A DNA stretch of 64,000 bases, taken from NCBI GenBank assembly GCA_053919585.1, contig CM132806.1; one strand, 5' to 3'. The notes under the pieces were generated by a model. The model did no database searches, had not been told where the DNA came from, and worked only from the letters and a program-made list of their open reading frames with translations. This document shows positions 13,591 to 25,865 of this stretch, piece by piece (positions within the stretch are counted from its first letter, which is position 1; each line of letters begins with the position of its first letter). The translations under genes and the position numbers were made by a program. The DNA is from Euprymna scolopes (Eukaryota).

Positions 13591-16500
13591 ATGATGCGTT
13601 CAGACTTCCATAAGCCCTCTCCGATGGGAATAGAAATCCACACACAGATATCAGATATTAAGAAGAGGTGTGATAGCATGCATTTACAAGGAGACATGAA
13701 GTGAGAAGATGTCTTAGGGGTAAATTTATTGAAGTTGTGATATGGTTTTTACAAGTTTGGTCCCAGCGTTGTGCATAAAAGTATTGCAAAGAAATAAAGA
13801 CAAAGAAATTTGACATGAGTGGATTTTTTTTGGGAGGGGGGGTGAAGAAAGAGAAGGTAATTATCGCCGGTCGTTTTAACATTAAGCCTCTGACACATAT
13901 TTTCAAAGCCAACAGAATATGGTCACATTCCTGTTTTTCTTTCTCTGTATTTACAATTTCTAAGCTTTGTAGCTATAACTTATGTGAATTGTTCTGCAAC
14001 TTGTTCACAGTGCTTTTCGCACCAACACGCGCGTTATTTCCTCTTTCCTCCTCTTCCTTCGATCCTGATATCTATATAGTCATTTATTTCTGTGACGTCA
14101 CGTTATTTGCATATGTTTTAGGGGCTTTCTTAAAAAATATCCAATGAGAAATAGGTTGCTTCTTGCTTTCTTTATGTCCAGAAATATTTAAAAATAACCG
14201 GTTACTTCTCAATCATCCTATATATCGTGTTCTATGGCCAACAGGTTAGTGTATTTCTTTAAATTATAACTTACATTATTTTTTATCTCATTTTTCTCTT
14301 CTTTGTTCTTTTTTCTGTTTTCTATTTTATACATAATTCCTTTCCTTTGTTTTTCTCTCAGATTTATTTTGTTCTATTTTGTTTTTATTTTTGTTTTCTT
14401 TTCTTGTTCCTTTTCTCCTTTTCTTTCTCTCTTTTTCTCTTTCGTTATTATTTTTTTAAGTTTGTTTCTTTTCTTTGTTTTTGTATTTATCTTTTTTCTA
14501 TTTCTTGATCCGTTTCTTTCTAATTGCCCTAATATTTCCAATATTCTTTCTTTCGTTTTGATATCGCTAAACTGCTTCGCTGCTGATGAGAATTTGCTCA
14601 TCTTCAAATCTAATGTTCACAAATTCTTGTCATAATCCACTGTAACGTTGTTGTTCTCTCTAACAAACATAACCACTGTATGCAGAGACAGTCTCAAAGG
14701 AGACACAACAAAATGATCATATGATGCTGATCAATTACAGGTAGACGGAAGTAGGGTTCAATTCTGTAGACATGTCTTGCAGGATGAAGAGAATGTTACA
14801 CGAAAGCAAAGAAAGAAAAGCTGAAGGTGTCCGAGTGTATAGGAATAGTCACATAATGTTGTTGTATTCCATTGGTGTGTGTATGTATGCTGTACATATA
14901 TACACGTGTATGTAACGAGTGTCTTATTGAATGTGCGTCTATTCTTCATACATGTATTTACGTGTGATCGGTTAGTTTTCAAAATGTCAAATAACAATTT
15001 ATCCGGTGTATGCTTACAAATAAGGAACGGATTAAACCGCTTTGTCTTTTGCCAAACAAATGGAAGACTTACCTTCAACAGAAAGGACAAATACTATTCT
15101 ATAAGGTTACAATATTTAGTCAATTAAGAAACATACTTGGCCCGTCTTTGATCTTGTTAGACGGAAAGATGCAACGAGAAAGAGAGAGAGAAAGGATTAA
15201 ATAGCAGAAGGAAGTAGTAAAATGAAGGGGGGGGGAGAAATCTATTATGAAATCACAATGTATTCCAACTTGTGAAATCCTTTGGCTTTGTCATAAAATG
15301 GTGTAAATAACAAAAATGGGAGGCGAAAGGCGGAGAGAGAGAAAGTGATTGGATGACGAGCAAGAAAGGATTAAATGACAGAAAGAAACGAGAAAACGAG
15401 AGGGAAAAGAAATCTATTATGACATCACAATGTATTCTACATGTGAAATCCTTTGACTTTATGAGGCTTTTAAAAACATGTTTATCAATGAATGTAAGAA
15501 TGTAGAAATTATATATTCAATAATGGAATTAGAAATTCAAGACAAAATAAAATAAGTATATGTATAGATATGTTTATGTTATGTCGTAACACTGCTTGGG
15601 NNNNNNNNNNNNNNNNNNNNNNNNNNNNNNNNNNNNNNNNNNNNNNNNNNNNNNNNNNNNNNNNNNNNNNNNNNNNNNNNNNNNNNNNNNNNNNNNNNNN
15701 NNNNNNNNNNNNNNNNNNNNNNNNNNNNNNNNNNNNNNNNNNNNNNNNNNNNNNNNNNNNNNNNNNNNNNNNNNNNNNNNNNNNNNNNNNNNNNNNNNNN
15801 NNNNNNNNNNNNNNNNNNNNNNNNNNNNNNNNNNNNNNNNNNNNNNNNNNNNNNNNNNNNNNNNNNNNNNNNNNNNNNNNNNNNNNNNNNNNNNNNNNNN
15901 NNNNNNNNNNNNNNGTTGTTAGTATTATTGTTATTATTATTATTATTTGTATTATTATTGTTATTGTTATTATTCTTATTATTCTTATTATTATTATTAC
16001 TGGTCATCGAAACGGATCAAATATTTCATAATAGTAAAATATTTATATTAAATATTTTATGATATATAGGAATTGTAACATGACAGAACGAAATTTAGAA
16101 ACAAATAATTTTAGTTTGGATAAATAACTTGTAAATGTAATTTTAGTTAAACAAACAATATTAACATAAATTAATTATAACATAATTTAATTATAAATGT
16201 TAACTGAAAAAAAATAATGACAAGCAGATTACGTGACAAAATATCAGGTTATTTTATTAATGGTTACGTGAGTTGATGACGTAATTACAACGGAAGACAG
16301 ATTTTATATACACGTATAGTTAAAGTTGAGAATCAGAGTTGGTGAGTCATAGTCGGGCTGAACAGACGAGGGGATTCAGCTAGCGACCCGGGCGCTATGG
16401 CCTCTGTAAAAAGCTGTCCGACGTATTATATAGTCAACAATGTAGAATAATACAAGTTATTTTCCAAGTGGGGAAACATTCTAGGAATAAAAGTTGCTGA

Positions 16501-16959
16501 AAATACAACCCACGGCCTCTGGTCGTTTCCTTGGGATGAATCTTCATTGCAGCTTTTGCGGATCGGTTGAATGAAGCCCAAAGATGGGCAAAATATGTTT
16601 TCCCGTATTGGCCAGAAGTAAAATCCCATAAAACTGTGTTTCGTCCCTTTGTATTGTTCGTGTTTGTTATATGTCCTGTTAAACATGTTTTATACACGCA
16701 TCAACACGAGAAACATATCTTCCTTATACATAAAAATGTATATACACCCACAACAATTTGTACAAAAAACGGAACGAAAACTAAAACGGGCTTCCTTCAG
16801 TCTTGACAGACTATGGATGCCCACTGTAAGGGTGCCTACGCGTGAAGTTTTTGTGGCAAGAGTTGCGCAATCTCAAACAACACCTCTCTTAACTCAAATT
16901 TGTTAAATACAAGTGGAGGTTAAGGAAGACAGGAAATAATACTGAAATAATTGGAAAGC

Positions 16960-17055
16960 ACATACAGCGCCCAGAATTCCCAAATGGTCACCCATCTGGT
17001 ACTAGCCAGGCTCAACGTTGCTTAACCTTGATGTGTCAACGTGATTATGCCGGAC
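16960..17055 (-). pseudogene. 5S rRNA-derived sequence with internal deletion
   Basis: Minus strand: CATAATCACGTTGA..AGGTTAAGCAACGTTGAGCCTGGCTAGTACCAGATGGGTGACCATTTGGGAATTCTGGGCGCTGTA matches invertebrate 5S rRNA, including A- and C-box regions; about 20 nt of the 5' half are missing. Confidence 0.85.
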
Positions 17056-17165
17056 AACGAAAACTTCTAAATGATCATAGAGACATTGTCATACACATGC
17101 AGCACACAACACGTTAACACAGTGAATAGACGTTTATATATATTCATTTAATAGAGGTCGTTATG

Positions 17166-17455
17166 TACGAGGTGTCTTCAATAAGTTTCCAGACTTTTTG
17201 TACACGCATTAATAATTGTCGAAGACTCTTGAAAATTCAGTATGTTAAGTCTCGTATGTTATTGTATGTATGTTATATACAGCTTATGAGATGACTGGCA
17301 AATTTTTACGATGTCAGGTTCAGATGAATAGCTACAGCAGGAATCGGAATACACCCTACTTAAGCTTGATTGTCACAGCTAGTAAATTTCAAAAATGCAA
17401 TCTGGACGTGAGGAGGACACCTTAAAAGAATGATATGCAATAAAATTCTGTTCAA
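17166..17455 (+). mobile_element. mariner-like transposon left end, truncated
   Basis: TA + CGAGGTGTCTTCAATAAGTTTCCAGACTTTT TIR-like start; ends at a remnant reading YAIKFC, like mariner N-termini. Confidence 0.55.
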
Positions 17456-18563
17456 TTTTCATACTGAAAACGGACTTTATATAATTTTATCCCAGCATGA
17501 TTTCTATATATACTATTTATTCAAAAGAAATCTACATTCAATGAGTAAACTCATTTGCATATTACATTTAAAAAATTATTTTATTAATTAACTTGATGTT
17601 ATTAATTATTTGTTCTTATAGAATCGTTTCAATTGTTCTAAATGGAAATATTATTTAAAGTTGATTTACTTTATTTATTTTTAATTTAATTTATATATAA
17701 TTTTATTTATTTTAAATTATTAATAACTGACAGCAGATACATTTAAAATCGGAAGTAAGCTTATTTATTAAAGCTACGAGAGTTATTTCCCCTTTAGGCG
17801 ATGCGAATTACGTCGCGTTTGATTTCGATATGTATGTATTTTAGGCTACCTTAAATCCCACATGTGGTCACTTTTCGTAACAAGTTAGGACATTCGGTGT
17901 ATCTTAAATATCTGACTAAACCCTTCGTCCGGTAATATGTTTCGACCGAGAATATACAGTTAGTCTACCGCTAAAAATATTGCTTTAAACCGTCAGGGTC
18001 CGATGAACGACGGATAGAGCATCTGATGAAAGTGCGAAGACGCATAAAAATTCTTACAATTAATGTAGAGCCGAGAAAAGTAGACATGTAAATATCAACA
18101 AAGATCAAAAAAATATACAAAGAAAAAGATAAATAAACGCGCTGAACGAAGTTCAGGTCGTGTTAAAACATATGCGATAAGAAATAAAAGATATCCACTA
18201 TTTTTTCAAAATAATATTTTATCTCATCTTTATCTACTGGTGCATCAGGTTTTAGCTGATGATAATCTTCATTCGTCAAGCCAATAGATTCCAAAACGAA
18301 ACTTAAATTAATAAGAACATTGATTACGAGTAGAAAAAATGTTTAAGGTGTATTTCTTACCGGCGCCATTTTTATTTTATCTTGACGTTTCTTTTTCTAT
18401 TCGTTCTGGAAACTCACGGTTCACTTGTTTCATTTGACAGTCTACTTTTTTCAACACTTAATTTTCAGACACGTATTTCTACGAGATACTCTGTCGGTCG
18501 CTCTGTCACGCTTTCATTTGAAATGAAACTGTCATTGCTAAACGCGGATATGGATCGGACGCT

Positions 18564-19346
18564 TCTATGATATAAAAGTTACTTTGTGTTAGTGTGTGAG
18601 TGCCTTCCTCATAAGTTCCGAAACGGCTGAGCCAATCTTTTACAAAATTCACACAAAGCTAATCCATATATCTAACAACGTACTTAGATATGTTTTGTAC
18701 AGAAATCCATCCAATAAGTATAGAAAATCGAAAAAAATCCGATCTTTAAAATAGCTTTTCTCTCTTATAGATTAAAAAAAATTACAAGGGAATATTTTAC
18801 GTTACACTGGCAAGGGAGATTATAAAATTCCAGCAAATCATTTTTTCTTAAAAAAAAACAAATTTATTACAATCTGGAAGTATAGCTTAGTGGTAAACAT
18901 TCGACTACAGATCGAATGCTCCACTGTCAAAGCCCCTTTTTCTTATAAATGAGTTCAATTTACGCTAAAAGAAGCGGTAACATTTAAAATCGCCGCAAAT
19001 CATTTCTTTATTTTCATATTATTAATGCAAACATTAGTCAGAAGTGAAATTTCCAGGGCATTCATCGTCGAGCTGAAATATCAGCTGTCGTGATATTGTA
19101 AACAAACACAGACGGAATTCGATGAACGACATTATCATTATCATTATTTTTTTTAGTTTTTTTTGTTTTTATTTTAGTTTTTATTTTTAATTTTTTGCGA
19201 ATTAGTCCACCCTGACAAATTATTTCACGTAATATATAATAATCAATAGAGGATTGATTCTATGTTAATGCATACGCAATCTGCATAAATTCAAATAGCA
19301 TGTTTAAGTGTATTGTATGACCGGGCAACACGGGGGGGCCAGGTAG
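18564..19346 (+). mobile_element. Non-autonomous Helitron carrying a tRNA-Cys relic
   Basis: 5' TCTATGATATAAAAG; 3' CCGGGCAACACGGG + GTAG (degenerate CTAG); homologous to 8050-8313 and 31446-32040. Confidence 0.8.
18876..18936 (+). pseudogene. tRNA-Cys-derived pseudogene inside Helitron
   Basis: GTATAGCTTAGTGGTAAACATTCGACTACAGATCGA resembles tRNA-Cys GTATAGCTCAGTGGTAGAGCATTCGACTGCAGATCGA; anticodon altered, T-arm decayed. Confidence 0.7.
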
Positions 19347-19367
19347 TCTCATATAAAACAAGAGTCC

Positions 19368-19834
19368 ACACTCCCGCATTTTAGCTTTTTTTTTTTTAAT
19401 CATTTTTGAATAGTTCCATTTGAGATAAAGGGAGACAATCACGAGGTTTTCTTTGGAAATGGACGTGATTTTTGTAAATAAAGTGTTCGTTGTACTTTAT
19501 TTCAACATTTTTATTCATTAAGTAAACCGTTTGTTTTAATAGAAAATCACATATCTTTCTATTAATGAATGATAAATTATTTATAAATCTTCATTTATCT
19601 GGAAACCTTTTGATGTTTTAATTTATTTCGAAAACTGTTTGTTTCCGAAAAAGAGCAAATGTTCCGAGAATTAATGTTTTTTTTTTTTTTTGCGTTACTT
19701 GTGTTATTATATCAACATATTTGTCTACATATTTCAAAATCTTGAACAAAAGTAAATTTTGTGATTGTCTCCACTTGGCTGGAATCGAACTCTTCTAACA
19801 ATAAAAATCAAAAAAGGCTAAAACGCGGAAGTGT
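19368..19834. mobile_element. MITE-like element with ~75-bp imperfect terminal inverted repeats
   Basis: ACACTCCCGCATTTTAGC...GGAGACAATCAC versus GTGATTGTCTCC...GGCTAAAACGCGGAAGTGT. Confidence 0.65.
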
Positions 19835-20089
19835 CAAAAGGTTTTGCGGTTTTTTTTAATTTATAAAGGCGAAGAACTAGTTAAGGATAAAGATTAATGA
19901 GGCTGGAATAATTGTCCGTCGAAACGAAAGATCAGTAACACTATGGGAGTACTCGCATTGATGAATTGTATAAATTGATTACTGCTTAGGAGGCGGCTTA
20001 TTACAAAGATGTGTAATCAACACAGAAGCAATATCGTGGTAACGTGTTCCACGGAAGGGAAATCCTTGCAAGAAACGTTGCTCATGAAT

Positions 20090-21460
20090 TATGCCTACTT
20101 TGTGAAGAACGATTAATAGAAGGTGAAAATATCTGTGTTAAGAAAGGCATGTCGATACTTGTTGAAGCGAGTAAGAGAAGAGGAGATGATAAACGGCAAA
20201 AGTAAGTTAATTTATCAGCTGTTCAAGTGCATGTAAAATGCAAAAAAGACTATACAAAAGAAAAGAATATTACAGCAACTAATAGAAAAAACACAACTGG
20301 CCAAGAGGTAAAAGGGTCATCTATTAAACAGAAATTAAGATCTATAAAAACTGATTTTGATTTCAAGAAAAAGTGTCTATTTTGTTTTGAAGTGTACTGT
20401 GAAAAAGCAGAAAAGGAAAAAAAACTTTTCATAGACGGCAGATAGTAGTGTGATGACCTTAGACTTTAGGAAAAAAAAGTATTGGATAAAGCTGATGATC
20501 GTAATGATGGCTGGGGCAAAAACAGTAAAGGCGATTGTAGTTAGTTTCCAGTGTTTGGTTGCAGTTAAAGCTAGATGCCATATATAATGTAGCGCCAAGA
20601 TTTTACTATAAGAAATCAGCACTTAAATCCACCAGGGAAACGTGGATGGCTTGATGATGAAGATATTGTAACTGGGCTTGAGAAAGTTTGTTCATACATG
20701 GAAGACAGTGATGACCATCAATTTACTTTGCAGGAATTGTTAGATGTAATGAACCATAACGAATCGTGCAGGATGTGCAAGCTATCTGAAAACAAATTAA
20801 AGAAAAAGTGCCAAAGTGATGTAATCATAAAAACTCTACACAAAAAGATACAAATGTTTTCGCAAAACAGCTGATCAATTGCTGTCTAATTCATGGTGTA
20901 ACGTAGCTTCCATGAACAAAGCTTCTTTCTTAGAAGTACACGCCTGTAGAACTCTGTCGTTTACCTGTTTCCCACCTGACTACAACTTGGATGTCTTCAA
21001 GTCCAGCATAAACAAATTCCTGATAAACCGCCCCCTTAAGTAAGACACTTTATCAAATCTCCATTACTAACGATTACTACGCTATTATCCCATTGATAAC
21101 TGTACACGCAATAACCTTTATCCCCGAGTGGCTTCTGGGCCTTGATAAGTGATGACTACCATGTAAAAAAAGAAGATTGCAAAGTGAGGAAGAAGAGCGA
21201 TTGAGAATTGTTAGAACTGCAGCAGCTATTATTAAAGAGGACATCAAGTCAAAGGTATACGGCCCCTGCAATTATCCTTCGCCAGAAAGAGTCTTTAATG
21301 ATGTTGAAAACAAGGTACCTGATGCTCTTCATGTTTTGTTACATGAATTCATTGAAAAAAGAGAAAAAGGGGATATTGACAGCAAACACAGGGTATCAAC
21401 TATCGTAGCTCATTTAGTGCTACAAGCCGTGCACCCAATGACATTTATCGTTCACTCTGT
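20090..21460 (+). pseudogene. Decayed N-terminal part of a large DNA-transposon protein (possibly Academ-type), interrupted by a LINE tail
   Basis: Fragments CLLCEE..EASKRRGD, VHVKCKKDYT, FDFKKKCLFC, LVAVKARCH, FTLQEL, EEERLRIVRTAAAIIKEDI..YPSP..VPDALHVLL in shifting frames; the superfamily call is from recall and uncertain. Confidence 0.55.
20899..21172 (+). mobile_element. 5'-truncated CR1/L2-group LINE 3' end nested in the transposase relic
   Basis: FHEQSFFLRSTRL*NS..CFPPDYNLDVFKSSINKFL then 3' UTR and A-rich end; TGTAA at both junctions; homologous to 33460-33720. Confidence 0.75.
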
Positions 21461-21661
21461 ATTTTCTAAAATGAAAATTATATGTAAGATTTTGATTGAA
21501 TTAAAATAAGGTTTCTAGACATAAGGTTTAGTATTATTATATCGACTTAACTACGAATGTTAGTAAGATGAAAGTGGTGCCATTTTAAAGCTAAATGCAT
21601 TAAATTTTTTGTAATTTTGCTATTGATTTTTTTCATTTTTTTTTTTTTTTTCAGACTCAGT

Positions 21662-22056
21662 AATGGCGTTCCCTCAACTGGAAAAGGCATTTTGTGTGTT
21701 TGAATTTGCAAAACCTGAATCATGGACACTTGTTTAATGTGCATTTCGCAAACAATTCGGAAGACAGCCACCAGAAAGGATTCTCTAGTAAGATGGAATG
21801 GTAAATTCATGGTGGATTGGGGCATATCTCAACTTCTAATGTGAATAACAAGTTCGGCCTGCTTTCCAGTGGAGCCCCATGGACTATGGCTTGATGTGTG
21901 TCGTGTGACTGATGGTGCTCACATTGAAAATCTTTGAAAATTTCATGAAAAACTAAAAATTACAAGCTTTCTGGATATACCAGATATGTTTTTATCCTTA
22001 ATAGTTCTCGAAATATTCAATGTCAAAATTTGCCCAAGACTTTGAAACATCCTGTA
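21662..22056 (+). mobile_element. Internally deleted Tc1/mariner element (rosa/DD41D-like)
   Basis: N-terminus EKAFCVFEFAKPESWTLV..AFRKQFGRQPP joined to C-terminus LDVCRVTDGAHIENL*; right TIR TTGAAACATCCTG + TA. Confidence 0.75.
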
Positions 22057-23108
22057 TATTGATTTTAATCTTCATAAACTGACATAAAACATATATATTA
22101 TATTAGTAGATATCACCATTAACTCTCGACACAAATATAAACAGCTGTTGCTTAAAACAGTTAGATACTTTTTAAAAAAAAGCGGTCAATATGCTCTTCT
22201 TGTCCAACCGTAGATCTACCTTTGGAATGTTGGTTTTTGAAGGATATATAGAGGTAATCCGGCGGCTACGAACGAACAAGTATTTTTTTTTGTATTAACG
22301 CATTCAGTGTGAAATATTATTTGTTGATATTTTGAATTGTCTGCCATGTTCGTTAATGAAAGGAAATTGTTCATAAGGCATGCGCAATGCTGTTTGAGTT
22401 TTGCAGCAAACGACGTGTGCACTATATTTACTGGATACCTGTAATTAAAGAAAGTCTCCTTCAAAAAGAAGAATTCAACCAGCTTGCTCTTATTTTTTTT
22501 GTTTTTCTTGAAAGAGAAACATTTTTAATTCGTTGAAGAAGGAAATATTTTTCTCATTGAAGAAGGAAGTATCCCCCCCTTTTTTTGATATTGAAGAAGA
22601 AGAAAAATATTTATTTTTAAGAAAGTTTCTTTGTTTTTAATTTTTTTTTTTCTTGAAGAAGTAACAGTTTTTTTAATCCGTTGAAGAAGGAAATATTTTA
22701 TGGAAAAAGTATCGTCCCTGAATTGTTTCCGCATTCAGAAAGTTTTATTTTTTCTTTCCGTTGCAGTTTTTCTTAGCTGCTAAAGCAAGAACAAAATGAC
22801 TGTCACGCAAAACAACTACAGAAAAACATTGGATAATGAATTATGTTGTATCTTTCGAACTAGTTGTTAGCAATAAATTTAAAAGCTGATATTCGTTCGA
22901 AACGGACCGGATTACCTCTATATATCCTTTAAAGTCAACATTCTTAAGGTAGATCTTCGGTTGGACAAGAAGCACACATTGACCAGAAAAGCTAATTGGT
23001 AATTCATTAAAGACCACATCATAGACGACACATGTAGTAAAATATTTTCTCTCACGGCTGAATAGTACGTAAATGAGACAACTGAATGTGCCAAAGAATT
23101 GTAGCATA

Positions 23109-23200
23109 TGGTCTCACACAAAAATTTGGTCTCACACAAAAATTTGGTCACACGCAAAAATTTGGTCTCACACAGAAATTTGGTCTCACACAGAAAATTT
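23109..23200. repeat. 18-bp minisatellite, 5 copies
   Basis: (GGTCTCACACAAAAATTT)x5 with few substitutions. Confidence 0.9.
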
Positions 23201-23744
23201 CTTGCAAGCCTCACTCTACCTAATCGTTCCCTTAAATCTGTGCAGCTGCTATTCAAAAAGCAGAAAACGTTTCGCTAATTCAGACGCCATAAGTGGAATA
23301 TAAATACGCAAAAATTTATAGAAGCTAAAAATCAGTGTAAGAGTGTAATAACTGCTGCTAAGAGACGATATACCGAAATGACCGGAAAACGCCTTAAAAC
23401 GCAGAAAATAGAACTCGTGATTTCTGGTAAATTTATAATAACATAGTGAATAATGGCTAATCAATAATTCCCCCACCATCCAACAACTATGATGGGTCTT
23501 GCATGGCCATTGAGAAAGATGAACTGCTTGCCGGCGGTTCGTCTCCATGTGCACCATAGACTCTACAATTCATTCCCTCCAAAATTTGATTTTGCGGACA
23601 GAAGCTATTCTTGATGATATGATCATTACACCATTCCTATGCTCGTGATATCATAAAAACCTTGACAACTCCAAGGCATGGAATAATTAATAATTTCACA
23701 ATTATTGATCTTTTATCCTCTGTATTAATATAGTTCTATGTAAA

Positions 23745-24330
23745 TGTATGGAGTTAAAGCGTAAGAATGAACACAGGAGTTTTAGGAACGAAACATGTAT
23801 TCACATAGATTACAGGCAAAGTGAGTTGAGCAAATCCATTTCTCAACGCTAGGACGTTTGCACACGATCTGCTTGGTCACGTGGCAATCTCTCTGCCGGG
23901 CACCGGGCTCGATACCGGAAGTGACGTCACTACTAGAGGAAGTGACGTCATGAGATAGTCCATTAATCCCATGGACCTCCTTTTTGTTGTCAGTACCTCT
24001 TCCTTTTAGGGTTTACCATCAATGGATCGGTAACCTTTCTCTTACGGAACGACCGCCGTAGTTCAGGTATTGGTTGAGGAGGTTCACGATCAAGAGTTTC
24101 GAAAACAGAGTATATCGGCTCATCTTCCAATGGTGGACTGTCGGTTTCAACTGATCGACATTTTTTTAGTTGGGACTAGTGACGTTTGTGGGTATATGTT
24201 AATCCTTGGATGATATATACTATGTCACCGACTCTTAGTAATTGTACCCACTTCCCAGAATGATGTGTTGTTTTTATAACTTTTGAAAAACACTCTTTCA
24301 CCTGGTATGAAACGTTTACTGGGTACATAA
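23745..24330 (-). mobile_element. Gypsy-type LTR retrotransposon 3' end: integrase C-terminus, PPT and LTR
   Basis: Minus strand GKW..RVGDIVYIIQG..HKRH*SQL...LRRSFRKRK..VNPKRKRY* (stop 23990-23992); PPT AAAAAGGAGG (23976-23985); LTR 23975->23745 ending CCATACA. Confidence 0.75.
23915..23952. promoter_or_regulatory. Two tandem ETS-CRE composite motifs in the LTR
   Basis: CCGGAAGTGACGTCA and GAGGAAGTGACGTCA, each with a perfect TGACGTCA. Confidence 0.5.
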
Positions 24331-24794
24331 GTGGTCCATTAATTCCATGGAGGGTCGTCTCCAACAGTAAATATACCTATCGAGTTTACTATATATGAGC
24401 AGTACTTCGGATAGAGTACTTTTAAAGTATTCATACATTAATTCAAACTTGTCTATTACTCTCTCTTTCTTTTTTTTTTCCTCTCTCTCTCAATATATAT
24501 ATATATATATATAATATGTTCTGTCAATTTTACAGAATTATTCGAAGTATCTGAGTTTTAACGAAGAGATGTGCTCTCCTTTTTCTTGCTTAGTATAAAG
24601 ATAAAACTAAATATTGCAGGCACTGTGACTCTTTACGACTAAAAGTTGTGTTGCAAAATTTGTACTGATGGTTTATTTAGAGTAGGATCGAAACCTGTAC
24701 ACAAAAATATAACCGTACATTACTTTATATAAACAAAGATAAAAAAAGAATTATACCGCTCAAGAATTATTTTATCTATATAATGGTAAACTTG

Positions 24795-24940
24795 GACATG
24801 ATGGTAGGTTTAGCGGTTAACGACAGGGACTGAAAACCTGAATGTTTCAAGTTCGAATCCAGTTCGTTCCACCGAAACATTTTCAGCTAACCCTCATCTG
24901 GCCTTGTGCCTAACCTGCTAGTGAGATGACAAATAAAATA
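24795..24940 (+). mobile_element. tRNA-derived SINE (Phe-like anticodon loop)
   Basis: A-box-like GTTTAGCGGTTAA, loop CTGAAAA, B-box GTTCGAATCC, short body and A-rich end. Confidence 0.6.
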
Positions 24941-25369
24941 AGACACGCCCCATCAGTTGATGTATATTTCTTATGGTCTTTTCTTCCAATGTCCGTCTTC
25001 TCATTCTTTATTATTCCAACGTGTCCCATTTAAAATAGCCATCCCAATGTCCCCCCTCATAAATTATTGATTTCAAAATGGATACAAATGCAGAGTACTT
25101 CAAGCCGGTAGATTCTACAAGATAATTACGTTTCCATTTTTTTTTATTGGGAGGAATAGCGTAGGTTGATTTAACCACTTGGAAAAACACTCAGACGATA
25201 ATTATCTTCTTCGTTTGACATTTGTTCGGCTCTCGGCCCTCGTTTGATTTTTCTATTTTTAAGAAATGCGCTATGCTATTCTAAACAAAATGTGGAAAAC
25301 TTGTAGTTTTAAAATATCTGTAAGGCTGGCCGCCTAGCAATTTCTTCAAATCTATATTCGAAAGACAAT

Positions 25370-25865
25370 ATCAATCTCTAAAATTATCAATATACAGAGT
25401 TTAACCGTCAAATTAAATAGATTGAACATCAAATTAAAGATGTAAATCTCAAATTACAAAAGCTCCATTCAAATTAGAAAATATCATATTAAATTTAAAA
25501 CGTCCTAATTCAGTTTAGAATAGTATAATTCAAAGTTAGAATAGCTCGATTTAAATGAAAAGGTTCAACTCAAATTAGAAAAGTTCAACTAAACTTAAAT
25601 ATTTCCGACTCATATTAGAGAATATTAATTAAAATTACAAAAGTTGAACTTATAATAGAAAGGCTCAGCTTAAATTTGTGTTGTTCTTCTCAAATTATAA
25701 AGCCCAACTTAAATTTCAAATACTCATAACAAATTAGAAAATCTTAAGTGAAGTAATTAAGATTCAGTTCAAATTAAAACGACTCAACTCAAATTAAAAG
25801 GCTCAACTCAACTTATAAAGCTTAAACGTTGAATTACAAATTAACAAAAGTTAAATTTAAAATTC
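25370..25865. repeat. Highly degenerate ~20-bp minisatellite (about 25 copies)
   Basis: Periodic CTCAAATTAGAAAAGCTCAA-like units. Confidence 0.7.

Noticed and set aside
14303-14635. Phe-rich 'membrane protein' and Lys-rich antisense ORF
   Set aside because: Low-complexity T/C-rich tract with no domain signal.
18015-18050. CTGATGA hits here and at ~7874, ~14583, ~35913 as hammerheads
   Set aside because: No correctly placed GAAA or supporting helices.
23109-23200. Short regular repeats (also 55518-55790, 25370-25865) as a CRISPR array
   Set aside because: No unique spacers, no cas genes, eukaryotic context; plain minisatellites.
24795-24872. Functional tRNA gene
   Set aside because: Acceptor and D stems do not pair; treated as a SINE head.
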